From the NCBI GenBank assembly GCA_035494855.1, contig DATJGR010000105.1:445-64444 (forward strand): 64,000 nt of DNA. The letters are read 5' to 3'. The position numbers were made by a program, and so were the translations under genes. Positions 40,437 to 49,146 of the stretch are shown here, one piece after another. Under the pieces are notes generated by a model. That model saw nothing but the letters and a program-made list of their open reading frames with translations, made no database searches and had not been told where the DNA came from. Each line of letters opens with the position of its first letter. Position 1 is the stretch's first letter. This stretch comes from Pseudomonadales bacterium (GTDB lineage Bacteria; Pseudomonadota; Gammaproteobacteria; Pseudomonadales; Azotimanducaceae).

Positions 40437-41070
40437 AGTCGATCCGCAGCACGTCGGAAAGCTCCGCAATCGCCTGATCTTCGGACGACACCTTGATCGT
40501 GGTCATGCCGAGTTCTTTGGCCGGCTTCAGGTTGATACCAAGATCGTCGAGAAAAACAGCCTGGTTCGGCTTGATGCGCAGGCGTTCGCACGCACGCAGG
40601 TAGAACGCAGGGTTCGGCTTCCGGATCCCTTCCTTGCTGGACTCGAGCACGAGGTCGAACAGTTCCATCACCCGCTGCATCTCGCTGGCGCGTTCGGTCG
40701 TTCGCGCCATCCCCGGCCCCTCACCGGACTTCACGTTGTTCGTTAGGCAGGCAACCTTGAAACGCTGTTTGCACGTGGTCAGCACCTGGACCATGCGGGG
40801 ACGCAGATCGCCCGACAGCAGTTCAATCACCGACTGGCCGCGCACGGGATGCCCCGCGGCCCGGCTCTCGGCCTCGAATTCGGCATCGAACTGCGCGAGC
40901 GAAATGGCGCTCGACTCGAGCCTAGCCCACGCGTTGTGTTCCGGGTTCGTCGCGTTGATGCCGCGAATGAAGTCTTTCGGAATGCCCTGTTCCGCCTCGA
41001 ACCGGTTGAACGCATCGAACGGGCTCGTCGTCAGCACGCCACCAAAGTCCCACAGCACCGCTTGAATCAT
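40426..41070 (-). CDS. HAD-superfamily hydrolase (subfamily IA, epoxide-hydrolase-N-terminal-like phosphatase)
   Basis: The motif I DxG variant is VLWDFGGVL. Also present: CLTNN and FLDDLGINLKPA. Its 3' end overlaps the galT 3' end by 11 nt (convergent). Confidence 0.8.
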   Translation of the reverse strand: MIQAVLWDFGGVLTTSPFDAFNRFEAEQGIPKDFIRGINATNPEHNAWARLESSAISLAQFDAEFEAESRAAGHPVRGQSVIELLSGDLRPRMVQVLTTCKQRFKVACLTNNVKSGEGPGMARTTERASEMQRVMELFDLVLESSKEGIRKPNPAFYLRACERLRIKPNQAVFLDDLGINLKPAKELGMTTIKVSSEDQAIAELSDVLRIDFRV

Positions 41071-41085
41071 CTAATTCGCCTCGCA

Positions 41086-41868
41086 TTAAAAGCTGTAGTA
41101 ACCGCCGTCGATCAGGAACGTGTCGGCTGTGTGGTAGGCGCTCGCGTCGCTCATGATGTAAACGGCGATCGCCGCAAAATCTTCCGGGCGTCCCCAGCGG
41201 CGCGCCGGTATCCGCTTCATCACGCTGTCTACGAACTTGCCGTAGCCGAATGCGGGTGCAGTCATCGCCGTTTCGATCCAGCCCGGCAGGATCGTGTGGG
41301 CCGTCACGCCGTACCGCGCATACTCGACCGCGAGCGCCTTGATCATCGACACGAGCGCGCCTTTGGTCGCAGCGTAGTGTTCACCGCGCGCCTGTCCCGA
41401 AATGGCCGCGAGGCTGGCGGTTGCGACGAGACGTCCGCCCAGATCGCCCGCCTCACCGCGCTGGCGCATGTGGTGTGCAGCGTGACGGAAGGTGTGATAC
41501 GTGCCGTCGAGGTTCACCGACATTACGCGACGCCACTCGTCGAACGGCATCTGGTCGAATGCCTGGCCGCGCCCCCCGATACCGGCGTTGGCAAAGCAAC
41601 CGTCTACACGACCATGCATTTCCAGCGCAGCGCCGAAGGCCGTTGCAACAGCATCCCCATCCGCAACGTCACAGATGTGCGCCGATACGCGGGTTCCGTA
41701 TCCGGCGAGGCGTTCCACGGCAGCCTCGTTCTTTTCGCGATTGGTTCCCCAGATGCAGACGTCGCCACCCGCTTGTGCAATGCCTTCGGCCATGCCGAGC
41801 CCTATGCCGCTGTTGCCGCCGGTAATCAACGCAACCTTGCCCGTCAGATCGAAGGGTGCAAATGCCAT
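41086..41868 (-). CDS. SDR-family oxidoreductase
   Basis: The start is MAFAPFDLTGKVALITGGNSGIGLG. NAG and YAATKGAL (YxxxK) are present. Confidence 0.85.
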   Translation of the reverse strand: MAFAPFDLTGKVALITGGNSGIGLGMAEGIAQAGGDVCIWGTNREKNEAAVERLAGYGTRVSAHICDVADGDAVATAFGAALEMHGRVDGCFANAGIGGRGQAFDQMPFDEWRRVMSVNLDGTYHTFRHAAHHMRQRGEAGDLGGRLVATASLAAISGQARGEHYAATKGALVSMIKALAVEYARYGVTAHTILPGWIETAMTAPAFGYGKFVDSVMKRIPARRWGRPEDFAAIAVYIMSDASAYHTADTFLIDGGYYSF

Positions 41869-41881
41869 GTCATCCTCTGTT

Positions 41882-42679
41882 TCAGTACCGCTGGTCGACC
41901 AGGAAGGCATTGATCTGCCGTGCCAGCTCCGCCGGTTGGTCGAAATCCACCAGATGTCCGGCCGCCGCGACCGTGTGTGTTACAACAGGCCCGCCAAGGC
42001 GCGTCGCGAAGCGTTGCTGATACGACGCCGGAATCACCCGATCGTTGGCGCCGTTCACGAGGAGCGTCGGCTGGCGCACCCGATACAACCGTTTCGCGAT
42101 GCCGGTATTTCCCATCGGAAACAGGAAACGCGCGGCCGCTTCCATCGCGCGCGTCAGATAGATTCCCCATTCGACGGGGTCTTCGCCGGCCGGAATTTCC
42201 CACAGACGCGTCCAATTTTCCGGCGAGTTGCAGAGCAGCGCTGGCAGCACGTCAGGCCCCGGCCGCTGCGCCCAGATGTCGGTCGTCGGATCGGTGTCGT
42301 CATACATGCCGAACGGCGCCACCAGCACGAGACGTCGAACGCGTTCAGGTGCCAGTCCCGCAACTTCGGCCGATAGCGGTGCCGAAACTGAACTCGCGAC
42401 AACGTCGACGGGCGCTTCGCGCAACGCTTCCAGCAGTTCGAGCGTTGCCACCACCCATTCGTGATAGTCGTCGAGATGCCGGAAGTCCGGTGCGCCCGGA
42501 AACCCGGGAAGCGAAGGCGCGATCACACGGTGCGTGGTCGACAACGCATCGAGAAACGGCGACCACTTCGGCAGTCCGCCGATTCCCGCGAGATACACGA
42601 CCGGCGAACCTGCACCGGCTTCGAGCACGCGACACGGATGGCCGGCGACGGTGACCGACGACGACTTGACCTGCGCCAT
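41882..42679 (-). CDS. Alpha/beta-hydrolase-fold protein with atypical nucleophile elbow
   Basis: The start MAQVKSS (ATG 42679) overlaps the stop of the LLM gene (ATGA). VVYLAGIGG...PSLPGFPG is present. The elbow reads ASSVSA instead of GxSxGG. A C-terminal AAGHLVDFDQP follows. Confidence 0.75.
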   Translation of the reverse strand: MAQVKSSSVTVAGHPCRVLEAGAGSPVVYLAGIGGLPKWSPFLDALSTTHRVIAPSLPGFPGAPDFRHLDDYHEWVVATLELLEALREAPVDVVASSVSAPLSAEVAGLAPERVRRLVLVAPFGMYDDTDPTTDIWAQRPGPDVLPALLCNSPENWTRLWEIPAGEDPVEWGIYLTRAMEAAARFLFPMGNTGIAKRLYRVRQPTLLVNGANDRVIPASYQQRFATRLGGPVVTHTVAAAGHLVDFDQPAELARQINAFLVDQRY

Positions 42680-43926
42680 CAAGCCACCGCTCGCGGAACC
42701 GCGCGCGTCGGTAACGGTTTGGGCCACCAGCGGTCTTCGTACTGATCGTCGAAGAGGTCGCGCAACTGCGGCAACACGTGCTCGGCATACAACTGGGTGT
42801 TGTAGCGCACGAGGTCGGATTCCATGTTGCCGAACTGGAGCAGCAGCATCAGGTGACCGACGTTCAGGTTGACGCACACTTCGCGCAGCTTCTCGGCGAC
42901 CTCGTCGGGGCTGCCGATGATGACGTAGCCGGCATCGACGATGTCGTCCCACGTGCGTGCGGAGGCCCCGGCCGCCGCCGCCGCGCGGGCTTGTGCGGCG
43001 GCCTGCGCAACCTGCGATTGAACGCGCGCGCGAATCGTTGCTTCGCTTTGGTAACCGGGGGGAGACGCGAAGCGCGGATCCACGTGCAGACAACGGCCAT
43101 AGAAATACTCGGCTGGCGCTTTGTACAACCGGTAAGCCTCTTCCCGCGTTTCCGCCACGCCGACGAACTGCAGGAAACCCGCGCGATACGGATTGCGGTC
43201 TTTACCGAGCCGGCGCATCTCTTCCCAGAACCCTTTCATGGTCGCTTCGCCGGCCTTGTAGCCGAAGTACGACAGGTAGCAGTACACGTAGTCCATTTCG
43301 GCGCACCATTGCCACGTCTCGACCGAACCTCCGCCCGGAATCCACACGGGCGGGTGCGGCTTCTGTACTGGGCGCGGCCACACGTTGACGTAGCGCAGCT
43401 GGTTGTAGCGGCCGTTGAACGAGAACGTCTCCGGCGTGGTCCACGCCTTCATCACGATGTCGTGCGCTTCGAGGTAACGGTCGCGCAGTTTGCTCGGGTT
43501 CTGACCATAGGCGAACACGGTGTCCATCGGCGTACCGACCGGGAATCCCGCGATGAGGCGACCACCGGACATGCAGTCGAGCATTGCGAACTCTTCGGCC
43601 ACGCGCGTCGGCGGGTTGTACAGCGCGAGCGAGTTGCCCATCACGCAGATCATCGGTGCGTTCGTTCGGCGCGTCAGCGAGGCCGCGATGAGATTCGGCG
43701 ACGGCATCAGTCCATAGCCGTTCTGATGATGTTCGTTGCAGCACACACCGTCGAAGCCGACTTCGCCCGCGTATTCGAGTTCGTCCAGATACTCATGGTA
43801 GTGTTCGTGCACGCGTGCACCGTCGAGCAGACGCGAATCGATGTCGACCCAAACCGACGGATGCGTCTCGCGAAAGTCGTCGGGAAGATCCTTGTAAGGC
43901 ATCAGATGGAACCAGAGGTTCTTCAT
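42679..43926 (-). CDS. LLM-class (luciferase-like) flavin-dependent oxidoreductase
   Basis: MKNLWFHLMPYKDL...GFDGVCCNEHHQNGYGLMPSPNLIAASL... is typical of large LLM proteins. Confidence 0.85.
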   Translation of the reverse strand: MKNLWFHLMPYKDLPDDFRETHPSVWVDIDSRLLDGARVHEHYHEYLDELEYAGEVGFDGVCCNEHHQNGYGLMPSPNLIAASLTRRTNAPMICVMGNSLALYNPPTRVAEEFAMLDCMSGGRLIAGFPVGTPMDTVFAYGQNPSKLRDRYLEAHDIVMKAWTTPETFSFNGRYNQLRYVNVWPRPVQKPHPPVWIPGGGSVETWQWCAEMDYVYCYLSYFGYKAGEATMKGFWEEMRRLGKDRNPYRAGFLQFVGVAETREEAYRLYKAPAEYFYGRCLHVDPRFASPPGYQSEATIRARVQSQVAQAAAQARAAAAAGASARTWDDIVDAGYVIIGSPDEVAEKLREVCVNLNVGHLMLLLQFGNMESDLVRYNTQLYAEHVLPQLRDLFDDQYEDRWWPKPLPTRAVPRAVA

Positions 43927-44006
43927 GGTGTGCTCACGTCGCGGAATCGAGACATGGTAGAGGATTAATCGGACCGGTCCAATTGGACGCAGCGGGGGAG
44001 GTTGTC

Positions 44007-44792
44007 GTGGACATTCAAGGTGGAGTCGCGATCGTCACGGGGTCGTCGTCGGGCGTCGGCGCGGCCTGCGCGCGCCAACTGGCAGAGCGCGGTTGCAACG
44101 TGGTGATCAACTATTCGAAGAGCGAGGCGGGCGCACGCGAAACCGAAGCGGCTTGTCGCGCATACGGTGTGGAAACGCTCGTGGTGCGCGGCGACGTGGC
44201 GAACGACGCCGACTGCCGTCGGCTTGCAGCTTCCGCCGATGAAAAGTGGGGACGCATCGATGCGCTCGTGAACAACGCGGGCACTACGAAATTCTGCGCG
44301 CACAACGATCTCGAAGGACTCAGCAAACAGGACTTCCTGGACATTTATTCGGTGAACACCGTGGGTGCTTTTCAGATGACCCGCGCGGTGCAGCCCGCCA
44401 TGAAGCGCGGCGGGCGTGGCAGCATCGTCAACGTGGCGTCGATCGCGGCGGTGATGGGTGTCGGCAGTTCCATAGCGTATGCAGCATCGAAAGGTGCAAT
44501 GGTGACGATGACGCTGTCGCTGGCGAGAGCGTTAGGCCCGGAGATTCGGGTGAACGCGGTGTGCCCGGGTTTCATTCAGGGCGAGTGGCTAAAGAGCGGC
44601 ATGGGCGCGGAGAACTACGAGCGAACGAAGAAGTTCCTGGAGGAAACCACGCCGCTGCGTCTGACGACCACACCGGACACCGTGGCCGAAGCGATTCTGT
44701 ACTTCGTCGCCGGCGCTGACGTGGTGACCGGCGAAACCCTCATTCTGGACGGGGGCATGCATCTGCAGACCGCGCCGTTGGGGCGTCGTTAG
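44007..44792 (+). CDS. SDR-family oxidoreductase (FabG-like)
   Basis: GTG start after GGGGGAG. VAIVTGSSSGVGAA ... NNAG ... YAASKGAM. Divergent from the LLM operon. Confidence 0.85.
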   Translation: MDIQGGVAIVTGSSSGVGAACARQLAERGCNVVINYSKSEAGARETEAACRAYGVETLVVRGDVANDADCRRLAASADEKWGRIDALVNNAGTTKFCAHNDLEGLSKQDFLDIYSVNTVGAFQMTRAVQPAMKRGGRGSIVNVASIAAVMGVGSSIAYAASKGAMVTMTLSLARALGPEIRVNAVCPGFIQGEWLKSGMGAENYERTKKFLEETTPLRLTTTPDTVAEAILYFVAGADVVTGETLILDGGMHLQTAPLGRR

Positions 44793-44795
44793 CGC

Positions 44796-45512
44796 TCAGG
44801 CGTCGGGCTTCAGCGTTCCGAACGTGCCTTTCGGCAGATGCCGGATGTCCTTTCCTTCTACCAGGTAGAGGACGTACTCGGAGATATTCTTGGCGTGGTC
44901 GCCGATTCTCTCGAGTGAGCGGGCCACCCAGATCAGATGCAGATCGCGTTCGACCGCGTCTGGGTTCTCGGTCATCGAGTTCGCCAACAGCTGGATTACG
45001 GCGCGATATTCTTCGTCCACCTGCTTGTCGGCCGCTATCAGATCCAGCGCCTCTTTCGTGTCGAGGCGCGCCAACGCGTCGAGTGCCCGCGACACCATCG
45101 TCGTGGACAGCTGCCCCAGCCGCGCCGTTTCGCCGTACAGGTTCTTCTGGTAGTCGAGGTTCGACAGTTCGCGCGCCATTTTGGCGATGCGGTTGGCCTC
45201 GTCGCCGATCCGTTCGAGGTCCGTGCTCGATTTCATTACCGTTACGAGCAGCCGCAGATCGGTGGCGGTGGGCTGACGGCGGGCGATGATGTGAATGCAC
45301 TGTTCGTCGAGCGTCACCTCGAAGCGATTGACCTCGTGATCGCGGGCCGACACTTTGGCCGCAAGTTCCGCGTCGTAAGTCGAGATCGCTTTGATTGCAT
45401 CACGCAGCTGCTGCTCAACCATGCCGCCCATTTCCATCAGGCGGCGTCGGACGATCTCCAACTCTGCGTCGTACTGTTCCGAGATGTGCCGACTCAATTG
45501 ATGCATCTCCAT
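44796..45512 (-). CDS. phoU: Phosphate signalling complex protein PhoU
   Basis: HISEQYDAELEIVRRRLMEMGGMVEQQL ... RRQPTATDLRLLV ... LERIGDHAKNI. Confidence 0.93.
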   Translation of the reverse strand: MEMHQLSRHISEQYDAELEIVRRRLMEMGGMVEQQLRDAIKAISTYDAELAAKVSARDHEVNRFEVTLDEQCIHIIARRQPTATDLRLLVTVMKSSTDLERIGDEANRIAKMARELSNLDYQKNLYGETARLGQLSTTMVSRALDALARLDTKEALDLIAADKQVDEEYRAVIQLLANSMTENPDAVERDLHLIWVARSLERIGDHAKNISEYVLYLVEGKDIRHLPKGTFGTLKPDA

Positions 45513-45598
45513 TGCCTCGCTGAACTCTACTAGCTTGATTAGCCGTCGAACAGATATTCAAACCTATTACAGGCAGCGCTCGCGAACCTCGACGTCCG

Positions 45599-46888
45599 TC
45601 ACGTCGTCGCGACCGAATTCTGGGGAAAAACACAGTAGAACAAGCTGCCCCTGTTCAATTCGCTCTGGACGCCGAGCGTCGCGTCGTGGCGTTTCAGAAC
45701 GTGCTTCACGATCGCGAGTCCGAGGCCGGTGCCGCCGCGCGCGCGGGAACCCGACAGATCGACGCGGTAGAAGCGCTCGGTGATTCGAGTCAGGTGCTGC
45801 GCTGGGATCCCCATGCCGTGGTCTTCCACCTCGAACCGGGGACCGGCTTGAGTCGCGAACCAGCGCACGAGAATGTCTCCACCGTCCGGACTGTAACGAA
45901 CGGCATTGCCGACCAGATTTGAAAACGCACTGTGCAGTTCGAACTCGCTGCCGCGCAGCCGCAACGCGGGATCGGCCTCGAGCGTAATCCGGTGTCGTCC
46001 GTCGGAAATCTGGCGGGCTTCCGCGACGATCGACTCGAGCATCGGTGCAACCGCCACGATGTCGACATCCGTTTGCGACGGTTTCGGACTCGATTCGAGG
46101 CGCGTCAGCAACAGAAGGTCGTCTACCAGGACTTTCATGCGCTTTGCCGGCGAACCCAGACGCGTGATCAGTGCGCGAAGCTGTTCCTGATCGAGAGACT
46201 CGTCGTGGTCGAGCGACTCGAGATATCCGAGGATCACCGTCAACGGCGTGCGCAGCTCATGCGAAACGTTGGCGACGAAATCCTGCCGCATGCTCAGCAG
46301 GCGGTTCAGCTGCGACACATCGCGCGCCAGTATCAGCATCCGCGTTTCGTCGATGTCGATCCTGCGCACCTCGAGTTGCAGGTCGGAGTGCGTAGCGGTG
46401 ATTTCCACCAGACCCTCCGCGGCCTGTCCGTTCACCAGCGATGCAATCTCGGGATTGCGCACCAACGACACGAAGTTCTGGCCGACGTCGCGCGCCGACA
46501 GTCCCAGGAGTGTCTGGGCAGCCAGATTGAACATGTCGATCTCACCATTGCGCTTAATGAGTACTGCGCCGTCGGGCAACGCTTCAGTCGCCGACCGCAC
46601 ATAGCGCAGGCGAGTGGTGAGACGTCGGATCCGCGAACGCAGGAGGCGCAGCGAGCGGAACACACGGACCGTCGGCTCCTGCCACAGCTCCACGGTGTTG
46701 TCGGGTCGCCGCATCGGATGTCGGGACCACTGGCGCATCCGCACGAATTCGCGCGCGTGCGGCATCATCCAGAAAATCAGACCGACGATGACCGCCGTGC
46801 CCCAGAAATGGGTCGCGGCGCCAGCCACGAGCACCGCGCCCGTCACGACACCGGTCCGGATCAGTTCGCCTTTGAGGCCGGGAATCAC
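45599..46888 (-). CDS. phoR: Phosphate regulon sensor histidine kinase PhoR
   Basis: Two TM helices, a PAS domain, the H-box FVANVSHELRTPLT and HATPase G-boxes (DHGMGI, GTGLGLAIV) are present. The gene has a 4-nt overlap with phoB. Confidence 0.9.
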   Translation of the reverse strand: MIPGLKGELIRTGVVTGAVLVAGAATHFWGTAVIVGLIFWMMPHAREFVRMRQWSRHPMRRPDNTVELWQEPTVRVFRSLRLLRSRIRRLTTRLRYVRSATEALPDGAVLIKRNGEIDMFNLAAQTLLGLSARDVGQNFVSLVRNPEIASLVNGQAAEGLVEITATHSDLQLEVRRIDIDETRMLILARDVSQLNRLLSMRQDFVANVSHELRTPLTVILGYLESLDHDESLDQEQLRALITRLGSPAKRMKVLVDDLLLLTRLESSPKPSQTDVDIVAVAPMLESIVAEARQISDGRHRITLEADPALRLRGSEFELHSAFSNLVGNAVRYSPDGGDILVRWFATQAGPRFEVEDHGMGIPAQHLTRITERFYRVDLSGSRARGGTGLGLAIVKHVLKRHDATLGVQSELNRGSLFYCVFPQNSVATT

Positions 46889-47589
46889 GCCAGCGAATCG
46901 AACGCCGCGGGCGCGAGCCGATAACCGACGCCGCGTACGGTCTCCACCAACGCATCGAGACGGAATGGCTTCAGTGCGCGTCGAAGCCGCAGGACGTGCA
47001 CGTCGACGGTGCGCTCTTCGACGTATACCGAACGACCCCAGACGCGATCGAGCAATTGCGCACGATCGAACGCCCTATCGGGGTGTTGCATGAGAAACGT
47101 CAGCAACCGGAATTCGGTCGGGCCGAGGTGAATCGGCGTTTCGGCGTACATCAGGCGGTGGCTCTTCAGGTCTACCGTCAGCGGGCCGATGCTGAGTCGA
47201 CCGTCGACTGCGCCGCCGGCGCGCCGTTGCAACGCGCGGATCCGCGCGATCAGTTCGCGTGGCGAAAACGGTTTCGTCAGGTAGTCGTCGACGCCGGAGT
47301 CGAAGCCCTTCAGTTTGTCCGCTTCCTCACCGCGCGCGGTCAGCATGATCATCGGCAGGTCGGCGAACAGTTCGTCGCGACGCAACCGGCGCGCCAGGTC
47401 GATGCCGCTCGCACCGGGCAACATCCAATCGATGACCGCGACGGCGGGCATCGGACCATCCAGCAGCTGAAGCGCTTCCTCGGCACTACCTGCACCGAGC
47501 GTGTTGAAGCCCGCCCGATTCAGCGCAAACGTCAGCATGTCGCGGATTTCAGGTTCGTCCTCCACCAGCAAGACGGTTTGCGTTGTCAT
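46885..47589 (-). CDS. phoB: Phosphate regulon response regulator PhoB (OmpR family)
   Basis: VLLVEDEPEIRDML...IDWMLPG... and a winged-helix C-terminus (VDVHVLRLRRAL...VRGVGYRL). Confidence 0.93.
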   Translation of the reverse strand: MTTQTVLLVEDEPEIRDMLTFALNRAGFNTLGAGSAEEALQLLDGPMPAVAVIDWMLPGASGIDLARRLRRDELFADLPMIMLTARGEEADKLKGFDSGVDDYLTKPFSPRELIARIRALQRRAGGAVDGRLSIGPLTVDLKSHRLMYAETPIHLGPTEFRLLTFLMQHPDRAFDRAQLLDRVWGRSVYVEERTVDVHVLRLRRALKPFRLDALVETVRGVGYRLAPAAFDSLA

Positions 47590-47634
47590 TGCATGCGTCC
47601 GTGGGTCACCGTGATCGCGGGATCTGCCGTTCGT

Positions 47635-47666
47635 ATTCTCACAGGTGATCGACTCAGAATCGACTC
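47635..47666 (-). promoter_or_regulatory. Candidate Pho-box-like 11-bp-phased direct repeats plus -10-like hexamer upstream of phoB
   Basis: The minus-strand sense reads GAGTCGAT-TCT-GAGTCGAT-CACCTGT-GAGAAT. The identical 8-mers are spaced exactly 11 bp apart. The element lies about 45-75 nt upstream of the phoB ATG. The core differs from E. coli CTGTCAT. Confidence 0.35.
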
Positions 47667-47805
47667 TCCAGCGGGTTGGCGCGATGCCGGCCAGTGTCGT
47701 TGGCGAAAGTTATGGATTTATGACGCAGCGCTCCGCGCGAGGCCCATGGACGCATCCGTGACCTCTGTATAGGCTCTCTTCCCATTACTGCAGGCGGAGA
47801 AGAGC

Positions 47806-48477
47806 ATGGGTCAGACCAAACAGTTGCGCGCAATCGACGGCTTCGCGTTCGGCGCGTACGAAGCGACGCCGAGTTCGAAACCACGCGGCGGCATCGTGGT
47901 GATTCAGGAGATCTTCGGCGTCAATTCACACATCCGTAACGTCGCCGACGGATACGCGGCCGCCGGATACGCGGCGATCGCGCCGCAGATCTTCGATCGT
48001 GTCGAACGCAACGTGGAGCTTGGTTACGAGCCGACGGACATGACACGCGGCGTGGAGATCGCGCGCGGCAAGCTGAAGATGGAGCAGACGCTGCAGGATC
48101 TGCAGGCGGCGATCGACGACGCAAAGCGCTTCGGCAAGGTGGGTGTGGTCGGCTACTGCTTTGGCGGCTTGATGGCGTGGCTCGCGGCGTGCGAACTGAA
48201 CGGCGTGAGCGCCGTCGTGTCGTACTACGGCGGGGGCGTGGCGAGCCAGCTCGACCGGAAGCCGCGCTGCCCCGTGATGATGCACTTCGGCGACAAAGAC
48301 GCGCACATCCCACTGAGCGACGTGGACAAGGTGCGGAAGGCGCACCCGGGCGTGAACGTCAACGTCTACGCGGCGGATCACGGCTTCAACTGCGACCATC
48401 GCGCCAGTTACGACGCGGCTGCGGCAAAGCTCGCGCTCAGCCGCAGCCTCGATTTCTTTGCGAAGAACGTCGGCTGA
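47806..48477 (+). CDS. Dienelactone hydrolase-family protein
   Basis: GIVVIQEIFGVNSHIR ... the nucleophile context VGYCFGG ... the C-terminal HGF. Confidence 0.85.
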   Translation: MGQTKQLRAIDGFAFGAYEATPSSKPRGGIVVIQEIFGVNSHIRNVADGYAAAGYAAIAPQIFDRVERNVELGYEPTDMTRGVEIARGKLKMEQTLQDLQAAIDDAKRFGKVGVVGYCFGGLMAWLAACELNGVSAVVSYYGGGVASQLDRKPRCPVMMHFGDKDAHIPLSDVDKVRKAHPGVNVNVYAADHGFNCDHRASYDAAAAKLALSRSLDFFAKNVG

Positions 48478-48487
48478 AGGAGCACTC

Positions 48488-49120
48488 GTGTTCACCGGCA
48501 TCGTGCAGGGGCTCTGTCGTGTCGCAACGATCACGGACGAACCGGGTCTGCGCCGTCTCCAGGTCCAGCTCGGCGGCCTCGCGGAGGGTCTGCAGACGGG
48601 CGCATCGGTAGCGGTAAACGGCACGTGCCTGACGGCGACGTTCATCGAGAATGGGCGAGTCGGGTTCGACGTCATTCGCGAATCGGTCGACCGATCCAAC
48701 CTCGGCAAGCTGGCGGTTGGCGATCGGGTGAATGTCGAGCGTTCTCTCAAGTTCGGCGACGAGATCGGCGGACACGTGCTGTCCGGCCACGTCGCTGACG
48801 TCGTCACGGTGGCGCAGATCGACACTGGACCGCGCGAACGCACCATCTGGTTCGACGTGCCGCGTCAGTGGCTCGCGTTCCTGTTCCACAAGGGGTTCGT
48901 CGCGCTCGATGGCGCCAGCCTCACGATCGCTGCGATCGATCGCGAGCGCGGACGGATCTCCGTCAGCCTGATTCCCGAAACGATCGAACGCACGACGCTC
49001 GGGAGGGTCGTGGTCGGGGATCGCGTGAATCTCGAGATCGACGTACAGACGCAAACGATCGTGTCGACCGTGGAGCGTCTGTTGAACGATCCGGACTGGC
49101 GCCGACAGCTACGCGCCTGA
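48488..49120 (+). CDS. ribE: Riboflavin synthase (alpha chain)
   Basis: GTG start after GAAGGAG. The VFTGIVQG N-terminus and the duplicated barrel with a second GGHVLSGHV motif are present. Confidence 0.9.
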   Translation: MFTGIVQGLCRVATITDEPGLRRLQVQLGGLAEGLQTGASVAVNGTCLTATFIENGRVGFDVIRESVDRSNLGKLAVGDRVNVERSLKFGDEIGGHVLSGHVADVVTVAQIDTGPRERTIWFDVPRQWLAFLFHKGFVALDGASLTIAAIDRERGRISVSLIPETIERTTLGRVVVGDRVNLEIDVQTQTIVSTVERLLNDPDWRRQLRA

Positions 49121-49146
49121 CGCGCGACGCGGAAGCCTTCTCCGGA

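Noticed and set aside
47705-47728. An AT-rich segment reading (phoB strand) CTGCGTCATAAATCCATAAC that resembles the E. coli Pho box CTGTCATAAAACTGTCAT.
   Set aside because: The first half needs a 1-nt insertion and the second half matches poorly. It lies about 120-140 nt from the phoB start with no adjacent -10. The 11-bp-phased repeat at 47648-47666 is the better candidate.
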